Assembly: GCA_964658025.1 (NCBI GenBank)
Contig: CAZZXB010000045.1
Coordinates: 1-20,862, forward strand
DNA length: 20,862 nucleotides
Direction of reading: 5' to 3'
Source: an uncultured Janthinobacterium sp.
GTDB lineage: Bacteria; Vulcanimicrobiota; Vulcanimicrobiia; Vulcanimicrobiales; Vulcanimicrobiaceae
Shown: positions 8,559-18,106 of the stretch, piece by piece
How the letters are laid out: each line of letters begins with the position of its first letter
Numbering within the stretch: the first letter of the stretch is position 1
Notes under the pieces: model-generated
What the model saw: the letters and a program-made list of their open reading frames with translations, nothing else
What the model was told of the DNA's origin: nothing
The model's database searches: none
Position numbers and translations under genes: made by a program

Positions 8559-10109
8559 TTACCCGCCGACCTCGACCGGGCCGTGCGCCGATCCGGGTTT
8601 GCGCATGAAGAACACGAGCGGCATGAAGACGAACGCGAGGATGCCGATCGCGAACGTCGCGTCGGCGTAGGCGAGGATCGCGGCCTGACCGTTGACGATC
8701 CCCGCGAGTTGCGCGACCGTGCCTTTCGCGAGGAACGTCGCGACGTTGGGATTCGCGCGCGTCGCGGTCGCGCCGAGGACGACCGAATGAAACGACCACC
8801 GGCGATCGAGGATCACGTCGAGCGCGGCGACGGCGATCGATCCGCCGAGTTGCGTCGAGAGGTTGACGAACGCACCCGCCTTGGGACCTTCGGCGGGCGT
8901 CGTCGCGCCGAGCACCGCGATCGTGAGCGGCACGAATAACAGCGCCGTCCCGCCGCCGACGATCACGAGCGACGCGATGAACGTCCGAAAATCGGCTTGA
9001 CCCGTCGTGACGAACCCCTGCATGATCGAGCCGATCCCGATCATCATGAATCCGAGGAAGAGAAAGATCCGCGCGTCCACCTTCGCGACGAGTCGCACGA
9101 TGAGCGGCGTGAGCAACGCGACGGGTAACGCGCGAAAGAGGAAGAGCTGACCGCTCAGCGTCGGCGTGAAGCCGAGCGGACCTTGCGAGAACTGCGGCAG
9201 CGTGTAACTCGAGCCGAACAGCGCGCCGCCGAGCGCGAGCGCGAGGAGCGATCCGGCCGAGACGCTGCGATTGCGCAGCACGCGCAGGTCGACGATCGGT
9301 TTCGTCGCCCCGTACAGCTCCCAAAAGACGAAGGCGACGAGCGATGCCGCCGACGCGATCGTCGCGAAGACGATCGTCGCGTCGGAAAACCAATAGTTGC
9401 GTTCGCCCTCGGTCAACACGTACTGCATCGTTCCGAGCCCGGCCGCGAGCAGCGCGAGACCGACGCCGTCGATGCCCGACTTCTGCGGCTTCATCGGATC
9501 CTTGAGCAACGCGAAGATCAAGAGCGACGAGGCGATCCCCGGCACGATGTTGATGTCGAACACGAGATTCCACGACGCGTTGTCGACGAGGATGCCGCCG
9601 AGCGGCGGACCGAGTGCGGGGCCCATGATCGCGCCGACCGCGAAGATACCCTGACTCACGCCGAGTTTGTCGGGCGGAAAGCTGTCGCGCAAGATCGCCT
9701 GACCCGTCGCGAGCAAGCCGCCGCCGAACATCCCCTGCACCGCGCGCCACGCGATGAGCGGGATCAGTTGGTCGGACGCACCGCACATGATCGACGCGAG
9801 CGTGAACCCGCCGATCGACGCGAGATAGTATCGCTTCCGTCCGAAGCGATTCTGCAACCACGGCGTGATCGGGATGACGATGATCGCGGCGATCGTGTAG
9901 GCCGTGACGATCCAGGTGCCTTCGTCCTGACTCGCGCCGAGATTGCCCTGGATGTTCGGCAACGCGACGTTGGTGATCGTCGTGTCGAGCGTCTGCATGA
10001 GCGACGCCATCATCACGCCGAGGACGATGAGGAGCAGGCGCGGTCCCGTTTCGGAGACGTCGCCGTACTGCGCTTTCGCGGCGGCGGGAGCGGGAGAACC
10101 GGAGGCCAC
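8559..10109 (-). CDS. DHA2 (EmrB/QacA) family MFS efflux transporter
   Basis: LDTTITNVALP, W..TAY, NRFGRKR, WRAVQGMFGGGL, GPALGPPLGG, DGVG, PIVDLRVLRNR; start set at GTG 10109 because the ORF-track start (10169) overlaps the divergent gene. Confidence 0.93.
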   Translation of the reverse strand: MASGSPAPAAAKAQYGDVSETGPRLLLIVLGVMMASLMQTLDTTITNVALPNIQGNLGASQDEGTWIVTAYTIAAIIVIPITPWLQNRFGRKRYYLASIGGFTLASIMCGASDQLIPLIAWRAVQGMFGGGLLATGQAILRDSFPPDKLGVSQGIFAVGAIMGPALGPPLGGILVDNASWNLVFDINIVPGIASSLLIFALLKDPMKPQKSGIDGVGLALLAAGLGTMQYVLTEGERNYWFSDATIVFATIASAASLVAFVFWELYGATKPIVDLRVLRNRSVSAGSLLALALGGALFGSSYTLPQFSQGPLGFTPTLSGQLFLFRALPVALLTPLIVRLVAKVDARIFLFLGFMMIGIGSIMQGFVTTGQADFRTFIASLVIVGGGTALLFVPLTIAVLGATTPAEGPKAGAFVNLSTQLGGSIAVAALDVILDRRWSFHSVVLGATATRANPNVATFLAKGTVAQLAGIVNGQAAILAYADATFAIGILAFVFMPLVFFMRKPGSAHGPVEVGG

Positions 10110-10150
10110 GACACTGTGAACGCCGGAAGCCGGGTTAAAGTGTCGTATCC

Positions 10151-10786
10151 GTGCGCGTGATCTCCCCAAACGCGTCGCGCTTCCGCGTGTCGGGACGGCG
10201 TGCGGGTCAGCGCTTCGACGCCGAACACGGCACGGCGACGGAGGCCCTCCTCTTCCTCGGCGATCTCGATCCCGAAGCGATCGGGCCGAACATCGCGCGC
10301 GCGACGCATTACGAACCGACCCCGATCGGCGAACTCGAGCGCCTCCTCGCGAGCGTGCCGTTCGCCCTCGACGGTGCGACCTTCGTCGACCTCGGGTCGG
10401 GGATGGGCCGCGCGGTGCTCGTCGCGGCCGGCTATCCGTTCCGACAGGTCGTCGGCGTCGAGATCTCGCCCGCCCTCCACGCGATCGCGCGCGACAACCT
10501 CGTCGCCTTCGGCCGCGAGGCGCTCCGCTGCCGGGACGTCCGCCTCGTCCGGCGCGACGCGACGCGGTACGCCTTTCCGACGGGCGACCTCGTCGTCTAC
10601 CTCTACAACCCGTTCGACGCGACGCTCGTGGAGCGCATCGTCGAGACGCTGCGCGCGCGGCCCGCGGGGCGTTGCGCGCTCCTGTACCACACGCCCGTGG
10701 CGCGGAGCGTCGTCGAGGCGTCCGGCGCGTTTTCGATCGCGCGCGAAGAGCCCTTCGGCGTCGCGTACGTTCGAATCGCGCCGTGA
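10151..10786 (+). CDS. Class I SAM-dependent methyltransferase
   Basis: YEPTP, motif I FVDLGSGMGR, VVGVEIS, and VYLYNPF. Confidence 0.88.
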   Translation: MRVISPNASRFRVSGRRAGQRFDAEHGTATEALLFLGDLDPEAIGPNIARATHYEPTPIGELERLLASVPFALDGATFVDLGSGMGRAVLVAAGYPFRQVVGVEISPALHAIARDNLVAFGREALRCRDVRLVRRDATRYAFPTGDLVVYLYNPFDATLVERIVETLRARPAGRCALLYHTPVARSVVEASGAFSIAREEPFGVAYVRIAP

Positions 10787-10846
10787 CGGCAGGACCACCC
10801 GGAACGCGACGAGGAGAGAATCGCTTCTTCGAACACGAGGCTTTTC

Positions 10847-11776
10847 ATGTCGAGCAGACCCATCATGATCGCGTTCGGCGGCGACTCCGGAAGCGGTAAA
10901 GGAACGTTACGTCGCGGGTTAGAGCTGATCTTCGGAAGCGATCGGATCGAGACGATCACGCTCGACGATTATCATTCGCTCGATCGCGTGCAACGCAACG
11001 CCGTCGGCCTCACCGCCGTCGATCCGCGCGCGAATAATTTCGCCGCGATGGAAGAGGATCTCTGGGCCCTCCGCGAGGGTCGCACGATCGAGAAACCCGT
11101 CTACGATCATCGCATCGGAAAATTCACCGATCCCGTGACCGTCGGACCCAAAGAGATCATCGTCGTGCAGGGGCTCTTCCCGCTCTACACGCGGGCGTTA
11201 CGGAGTCTCTTCGACGTCTCGGTTTGGCTCGAACCCGAACCCGAGCTCAAAACGTCGTGGAAACTCCAGCGCGACGTGATCGATCGCGGGTACACGAAAG
11301 ACGCCGTCCTCGCCGAGATGCGCAAGAGCGCCAAGGACGTGGAGACGTACGTCATGCCGCAGGCGAAGTTCGCCGACCTCACGGTGACGTTCTATCGCCC
11401 GAGCGATTGGTCCGAACAGCAGGGCGCGGCGAAACTCTCCGCGCGCATCCGCAAGGGCGGTCGCTTCCGCGCGCTCGATTACGCCGAATTCGAGAGCCCC
11501 TCGACCTCGATCAGTCAGGTCGACGAAACGGCCGCGAGCGGCTATCCCGAGACGATCATCGAGCTCGACGGTCACATCGATCCCGCACTCGCGGAATCGG
11601 TCGAGGATCGGCTCTGGCAGCACGTCGGCTCGCACGCGCACACGCGACCGAAACGGCTCGGCGAATTCGCGGGCGAGGACGGCCGACCGCAGACGAGTTA
11701 CTCGCTCGCGCTCGCGCAACTCCTCATCGCGCGACGCGTCGTCCTCGTCGAGAACGAACTCTTACAGACCGCCTGA
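10847..11776 (+). CDS. prk: Phosphoribulokinase (cyanobacterial/plant-like class, divergent)
   Basis: GDSGSGK, LDDYHSLDR, TAVDPRANNF, KPVYDH, WKLQRD..DRGY, PQ..FAD; adjacent to cbbR/cbbLSX. Confidence 0.88.
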   Translation: MSSRPIMIAFGGDSGSGKGTLRRGLELIFGSDRIETITLDDYHSLDRVQRNAVGLTAVDPRANNFAAMEEDLWALREGRTIEKPVYDHRIGKFTDPVTVGPKEIIVVQGLFPLYTRALRSLFDVSVWLEPEPELKTSWKLQRDVIDRGYTKDAVLAEMRKSAKDVETYVMPQAKFADLTVTFYRPSDWSEQQGAAKLSARIRKGGRFRALDYAEFESPSTSISQVDETAASGYPETIIELDGHIDPALAESVEDRLWQHVGSHAHTRPKRLGEFAGEDGRPQTSYSLALAQLLIARRVVLVENELLQTA

Positions 11777-12706
11777 TCGTCCGGACGTCACCGCCCGGAT
11801 CCAGCGGGCGGCGCGAGCGGTTCCCGCCGGCGCGTCGTCGCCGTCTCGGGCGGCGGTGATGAAATCGAGGAAGCTCGTCGCGGAGGGCGCCGTCTCGCGA
11901 TCGGCCGACGTGACCACGTGCCATTGGCGGGCGATCGGCGTGACCCGCGTCGGCAACACGCGAAACGATCCGCGCTCCACGTCGTGGGCGATCGCATCCG
12001 AGGACACGAGCGCGACGCCGAGCCCGGCAGCGACCGAGGCCTGGATCGCGCCGTTCGACCCGACCGTGAGCTGCGCGGGCTCGATCTCGAGGCGCGCGAA
12101 GAGATCGTGCGTCGCCGCGCGGCTGCCGGAACCGGGTTCCCGGACGAGCCAGGTGGCGCGGGCGAGACCGCGATCCGGCACGTCGCTCGCCATCGGCGCG
12201 ATGACGACGAGCTCGTGCGCGCGCGTGGCGAGCGTCCGGAAGCGCGAGCCGGCCGGCGGCCGACCCGCGAAGACGAGATCGACTTCCCAGTGCGCGAGGC
12301 GATCCCAGACGCGCTCGTGATTGCCGACCTCGAGCTCGATCTCGATCTCGGGATGTCGCTCGCGGTACCGGCGCAGGAGATCGGGGACGAGGTGTTCGGC
12401 CGCCGTCGTCACCGCCGCGACCCGCAACCGACCGAGCGTCGCGTTTCCGGCCGCTTGGGTCTGCTCGCGCGCCTCGTCGAGCAGGGCGAAGAGTCGGCGC
12501 CCGTATTCCGCGAGGCGCCGCCCGGCGGGGGTGAGCCGGATCCCCCGCCCGCTGCGCTCCACGAGCGCCACGCCGACCTCGCGTTGGAGCCCGGCGAGGG
12601 CCGCGGAGACCGCCGGTTGGGACACGACCAAGTGGTCGGCGGTCTCCTGAACCGACCCGAGCCGCGCCAATTCCACGAACGTGCGTAGCTGAACGAGAGA
12701 AAACAT
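11762..12706 (-). CDS. cbbR: LysR-family regulator CbbR
   Basis: QLRTFVELARLGSV..TA..LVVSQPAVS..LVERSGRGIRLTPAG; REPGSGSR, SNGAIQASVAAGLGVALVS; divergent from cbbL; start set at ATG 12706. Confidence 0.9.
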   Translation of the reverse strand: MFSLVQLRTFVELARLGSVQETADHLVVSQPAVSAALAGLQREVGVALVERSGRGIRLTPAGRRLAEYGRRLFALLDEAREQTQAAGNATLGRLRVAAVTTAAEHLVPDLLRRYRERHPEIEIELEVGNHERVWDRLAHWEVDLVFAGRPPAGSRFRTLATRAHELVVIAPMASDVPDRGLARATWLVREPGSGSRAATHDLFARLEIEPAQLTVGSNGAIQASVAAGLGVALVSSDAIAHDVERGSFRVLPTRVTPIARQWHVVTSADRETAPSATSFLDFITAARDGDDAPAGTARAARWIRAVTSGRSGGL

Positions 12707-12741
12707 AATCGCTGCGATATGATACATCGGAAAAACAGTAT
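12705..12741. promoter_or_regulatory. Putative tandem CbbR (LysR) boxes
   Basis: ATAATCGCTGCGATAT (12705-12720) and ATCGGAAAAACAGTAT (12726-12741), both T-N12-A, 21 bp apart, abutting the cbbL -35. Confidence 0.5.
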
Positions 12742-14237
<1,496 letters not shown>

Positions 14238-14257
14238 ACGCGGAAAGGACCGAATCG

Positions 14258-14683
14258 TTGAAACTCAGACAAGGCGCCTTCTCGTATCTGCCCGATCTCA
14301 CCGACGAGCAGACGGCGAAACAGATTCAATACGCGCTCGACCACGAATGGCCGATCTCGATCGAATATACGGACGACCCACATCCGCGTAACGCGTATTG
14401 GGAGATGTACGCCCTACCGATGTTCGACATCAAAGATGCCGCGGGCATCATGACGGAGATCAAGAAAGCCGTCGCCGAGCATCCCAACGAGTACGTCAAG
14501 GTGAACGCGTACGACGCGCGTCTCGGTCGCCAGACCACGGCACTGTCGTTCATCGTCGGGCGTCCGGAGACCGAAGGCGGTTTCCGACTCGAACGGACCA
14601 CGAATCACGATCGTCAGGTGCTCTACAAACTCCATCCGTACAGCGCCGACAAGCCGCACGGCGAGCGCTACGGCAAGAACTAA
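14258..14683 (+). CDS. cbbS: RuBisCO small subunit, red-type
   Basis: GGAAAGGA RBS, TTG start; QGAFSYLPDLTDEQ, IEYTDDPHPRNAYWEM..LPMFD, LSFIV.RP..E.GF.L.R C-terminal extension. Confidence 0.96.
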   Translation: MKLRQGAFSYLPDLTDEQTAKQIQYALDHEWPISIEYTDDPHPRNAYWEMYALPMFDIKDAAGIMTEIKKAVAEHPNEYVKVNAYDARLGRQTTALSFIVGRPETEGGFRLERTTNHDRQVLYKLHPYSADKPHGERYGKN

Positions 14684-14702
14684 CGCTACCGAGTAGGCAC
14701 GC

Positions 14703-14739
14703 GAACCGTCGCACGCACGTGCGGCGGTTCTTCTTTTCT
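14703..14739 (+). terminator. Intrinsic terminator between cbbS and cbbX
   Basis: GAACCGTCGCAC-GCAC-GTGCGGCGGTTC stem (one G-U pair) followed by TTCTTTTCT. Confidence 0.75.
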
Positions 14740-14792
14740 CCGACGCGTCGCGATCCGAAAGAATGGCGACGTGCTCCGCGAATAATGGTGAT

Positions 14793-15728
14793 ATGAGCGA
14801 GACGACCACGCCCGAAGCCGACACCGCCGAAGCGACGCCGACGTCGCTGGATCTCGGTGCGGCCTTTCGCGAATCGCACGTCGGCGACGTGCTCGAAAAA
14901 CTCGATCGCGAACTCGTCGGGCTCTCTCCCGTCAAGACGCGCATCCAGCAGATCGCGCATCTCCTGTTGATCGACAAGATGCGCGCGACGATGGGGCTCG
15001 CGGCCGAACCGCCGCCGCTCCACATGTCGTTCACCGGCCGCCCGGGCACGGGCAAGACGACGGTCGCGAATCGGATGGCCGAGATCCTGCACAAGCTCGG
15101 CTACATCCGTAAGGGCCATCTCGTCGTCGCCACGCGCGACGATCTCGTCGGCCAATACATCGGCCACACCGCGCCCAAGACCAAAGAGATCCTCAAACGC
15201 GCGATGGGCGGCGTGCTGTTCATCGACGAGGCGTACTATCTCTATCGGCCGGAAAACGAGCGCGACTACGGCGCCGAGGCGATCGAGATCTTACTGCAGG
15301 TGATGGAGAACCAACGCGACGATCTCGTCGTCATCTTCGCGGGCTACAAAGAGCGGATGGACACGTTCTTCTCGAGCAATCCCGGCTTGAGCTCGCGCGT
15401 CGCCAACCACATCGACTTCCCCGATTACAGTCCGGACGAGCTCATGCAGATCGCCGGCCTCATGCTCGAGCGGTTGAACTACGATTTCTCACCCGAGGCC
15501 GAGAAGGCGTTCGCCGAATATCTCGAGCTCCGCATGCAGCAGCCGCAGTTTTCGAACGCGCGCAGCGTCCGCAACGCGATCGATCGCGCGCGGATGCGTC
15601 AGGCGACGCGCTTGTTCGAAGGCGGCGGGACGGTCGACGCGGCGGATCTGCGGCGCATCGATGCGAGCGATATCCGCGGCAGTCGCGTGTTCGCGATCGG
15701 CGCGCAACCGGAGGCGACCGCGCAGTAG
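14793..15728 (+). CDS. cbbX: CbbX, red-type RuBisCO activase (AAA+)
   Basis: [74 protein letters not shown]; start 14793 preferred, 14763 possible. Confidence 0.96.
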   Translation: MSETTTPEADTAEATPTSLDLGAAFRESHVGDVLEKLDRELVGLSPVKTRIQQIAHLLLIDKMRATMGLAAEPPPLHMSFTGRPGTGKTTVANRMAEILHKLGYIRKGHLVVATRDDLVGQYIGHTAPKTKEILKRAMGGVLFIDEAYYLYRPENERDYGAEAIEILLQVMENQRDDLVVIFAGYKERMDTFFSSNPGLSSRVANHIDFPDYSPDELMQIAGLMLERLNYDFSPEAEKAFAEYLELRMQQPQFSNARSVRNAIDRARMRQATRLFEGGGTVDAADLRRIDASDIRGSRVFAIGAQPEATAQ

Positions 15729-15740
15729 TCTCTCGTTCCC

Positions 15741-16511
15741 GTGGACGCTCTCGCGGCGGTGACGATCGGCGTCGCCTTCTTCATCGGATGTGCGATCAAC
15801 GCCGCGGCGGGCGGCGGGAGTTTTCTCACGTTTCCCATCCTGCTCGCGACCGGGCTCTCCCCGGTGGCGGCGAACGCGACGAATAACGTCGCGATGTGGC
15901 TCGGCGCGCTCTCGTCGGCGGGCGCGTTCCGTTCCGATCTGCACGTCGAGCGTACGGTCCTCGTCAAATTGTTCGTCGCCTGCGCGCTCGGGAGCACGGT
16001 CGGGGCGCTCTTGCTCCTGCACACGTCGGACGCACAACTCTCGAAGTTGATCCCCGCGTTACTGTTCGTCGCGACGACGCTCTTCATCGTGGGTCCGTGG
16101 CTCACGCGCAAATCGGCGGCTTCCGGTCGCGTACGACGCCTCGACTCGCCGGCCACGCTCGGCGCGCAGTTCCTCATCTCGATCTACGGCGGATTTTTCG
16201 GCGCCGCGATGAGCATCGTGATCCTCGCGATGCTCGGACTGCTCGGCATGAGCGATCTCCGTCGTGCGAACGCGCTCAAGATCGTGCTCTCGACCGTCGT
16301 CAACGGCGTCGCCGTCGTCCCGTTCCTGATCGCGCGCATCATCTCGCCGCCGCAGGCGATCGTCGCGAGCGTCTGCGCGATCGCGGGCGGTTACCTCGGC
16401 GCGGGCCTCGTCAAGCGCCTTCCGAACGCCGTCGTCCGAACGGTCGTGATCGTCATCGCCTGCACGATGACGGCCTACTTCACGTGGAAGACGTACGTCG
16501 CGAGGACGTAG
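15741..16511 (+). CDS. TauE/SafE (sulfite exporter-like) membrane protein
   Basis: INAAAGGGSFLTFPIL, ANATN, IYGGFFGAAMSI, ANALK, GGYLGA. Confidence 0.9.
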   Translation: MDALAAVTIGVAFFIGCAINAAAGGGSFLTFPILLATGLSPVAANATNNVAMWLGALSSAGAFRSDLHVERTVLVKLFVACALGSTVGALLLLHTSDAQLSKLIPALLFVATTLFIVGPWLTRKSAASGRVRRLDSPATLGAQFLISIYGGFFGAAMSIVILAMLGLLGMSDLRRANALKIVLSTVVNGVAVVPFLIARIISPPQAIVASVCAIAGGYLGAGLVKRLPNAVVRTVVIVIACTMTAYFTWKTYVART

Positions 16512-16525
16512 TCGCGGGGCGTCGC

Positions 16526-16554
16526 TTGCCCGCGCTCGGCCGGCATGGTAACGT
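16526..16554 (+). promoter_or_regulatory. Sigma70-type promoter
   Basis: TTGCCC (16526-31) - 17 nt - TAACGT (16549-54) with TGn, 7 nt before ATG 16562. Confidence 0.55.
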
Positions 16555-16561
16555 ACCGTCG

Positions 16562-16804
16562 ATGCATCAGGTCGTGACGATTCGTCTCGAAAAGCACGAT
16601 CGTGCGCTTCGCGAAGTCGCCGCTCGAACGACCGGCATCGGAATCGATGGGCACCTCTTGCCGATCGCGAGATCCGAGCCGCGTCGCCTCCAGCGCGAAG
16701 GGATCCGAGCCGACGGCGATCGACTCGTCGCGTATCGCGAAGCACGTCCCGACGCGCGGGCCGAGTTCGAGCTGCTCGGCACGCCGATTTCAGAGCTTCC
16801 GTGA
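16562..16804 (+). CDS. Small hypothetical protein (80 aa)
   Basis: MHQVVTIRLEKHDRALREVAARTTGIGIDGHLLPIARSEPRR...ELLGTPISELP*; fills the gap between TauE and VOC genes and has a well-spaced promoter. Confidence 0.6.
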   Translation: MHQVVTIRLEKHDRALREVAARTTGIGIDGHLLPIARSEPRRLQREGIRADGDRLVAYREARPDARAEFELLGTPISELP

Positions 16805-16847
16805 TTTCACCGAAGGCGATCGCTCGTCGACCCGTCGTGCGTTCGCA

Positions 16848-17693
16848 ATGACGGGACGCGATAACGCGTTCGTCCCCGACGTCTTTCCGTGCGTGCGGTA
16901 TCTCGATCCCAACGTCGCGGTCGCGTTCCTGAGGTCCGCATTTCGCTTCGAGGAGCATCTCGTCGTGCGCGACGACGAAGGTTCGCTCGCGCACGTCGAG
17001 ATGCGCGTCGGAAGCGAGATCTTGATGCTCGGCTATGCGAACGCGACCGATCGTTCGCCGTACGACCTCGACGGAGCGAACACGGGCAACTGCTACGTCG
17101 GTACGCCCGACGTCGCGGCGATCTACGCGAGCGCCAACGCTTCGGGCGCGCAGATCGTGAGCGACCTCGCTTCGACCGACGACGGTTCGCTCGACTTCTC
17201 GGCGCGCGATCCCGAAGGGCGGCTCTGGCGTTTCGGTACCGATCGCCCGCAGATCGGGAACGGCGAAAACGATCTCGCCCGCTCCGGTCCGACGCGACTC
17301 TACGCCTCGCTCGCGTATGCTGACGCGCGTGCCGCACGCGCATGGTTATGCGAGACCTTCGGCTTTCGCGAGCGCTCGGTCGTAATCGGTCCGGGTGATA
17401 CGATCGCTCGCGCCGACGTCTCGCTCGGTTCGAGCATCGTCATGCTCGCGACGCGTCGCGACGACGATCCCGACGTCGTCTCGCCGCGCGATCTCGGCGC
17501 GTCGACCCTCGCGCTCGCCGCCTACGTCCCCGACGTCGAGGCGCATTACGAACGCGCTCGCGCGGCCGGTGCCGAAATCCTTGCGGCGCTCGCGACGACG
17601 GAGTACGGCGCGCTCGGCTACGTCGCGCGCGATCCCGAGGGTTACGCCTGGAACTTCGCGAGCTACCGTCCGGCGTCGCCAGTCGCCGATTGA
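16848..17693 (+). CDS. VOC/glyoxalase-bleomycin resistance family protein with two tandem domains
   Basis: Repeated P..Y.D...A..FL..AF.F / H.EM..G..ILML / DV.A.Y..A.A.GA.I / ARDPEG..W.F motifs; start moved from 16602 to ATG 16848. Confidence 0.88.
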   Translation: MTGRDNAFVPDVFPCVRYLDPNVAVAFLRSAFRFEEHLVVRDDEGSLAHVEMRVGSEILMLGYANATDRSPYDLDGANTGNCYVGTPDVAAIYASANASGAQIVSDLASTDDGSLDFSARDPEGRLWRFGTDRPQIGNGENDLARSGPTRLYASLAYADARAARAWLCETFGFRERSVVIGPGDTIARADVSLGSSIVMLATRRDDDPDVVSPRDLGASTLALAAYVPDVEAHYERARAAGAEILAALATTEYGALGYVARDPEGYAWNFASYRPASPVAD

Positions 17694-17734
17694 AGTCGCC
17701 GCTCTCGATTCGGGGCCGTTTATGGAATGTCGTC

Positions 17735-17779
17735 TTGCAAAGTTTCGCCGACGGCGCTATATTAAACCAAATGGTTGAA
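17735..17779 (+). promoter_or_regulatory. Promoter plus palindromic ArsR operator
   Basis: TTGCAA (17735-40) - 17 nt - TATATT (17758-63); dyad TTAAACCAA/ATGGTTGAA (17762-79) overlapping the start codon. Confidence 0.75.
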
Positions 17780-18106
17780 CGAGAATCGTCCGACCTCGAT
17801 CGCATCTTCGGCGCGCTCGCAGATCCGACGCGCCGCGGAATGCTCGAATCTCTCGCCTTGGGCGAAGCACCGATCGGCGAACTGGCGCGGCCCTACGAAA
17901 TGTCGTTCGCCGCCGCATCTAAGCACGTGCGCGTTTTAGAGATCGCGGGACTCGTCCGAAGGGAAGTCCGAGGGCGGCAGCATTACTGTCGCGTCGATGC
18001 GGCGCAGTTAGCCCGCGCGAGCAATTGGTTAGCGGCATACGCCGCCTTTTGGCACGAGCGGATGGACGCACTCGAACGCCTCCTCGACGGAACGTCGCTA
18101 GCGTGA
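17771..18106 (+). CDS. ArsR/SmtB-family transcriptional regulator (SRPBCC-associated type)
   Basis: LDRIFGALADPTRRGML..GELARPYEMSFAAASKHVRVLEIAGLV..GRQHYC..WL..Y..FW..R.D.LE. Confidence 0.93.
   Translation: MVERESSDLDRIFGALADPTRRGMLESLALGEAPIGELARPYEMSFAAASKHVRVLEIAGLVRREVRGRQHYCRVDAAQLARASNWLAAYAAFWHERMDALERLLDGTSLA

Noticed and set aside
10151..10786. Methyltransferase as a RuBisCO-modifying enzyme
   Set aside because: Known RuBisCO LSMT is a SET-domain protein; this is a class I enzyme, and proximity to prk is the only link
10847..11776. Uridine kinase call
   Set aside because: LDDYHSLDR, DPRANNF, WK.QRD motifs, length and cbb context fit PRK better
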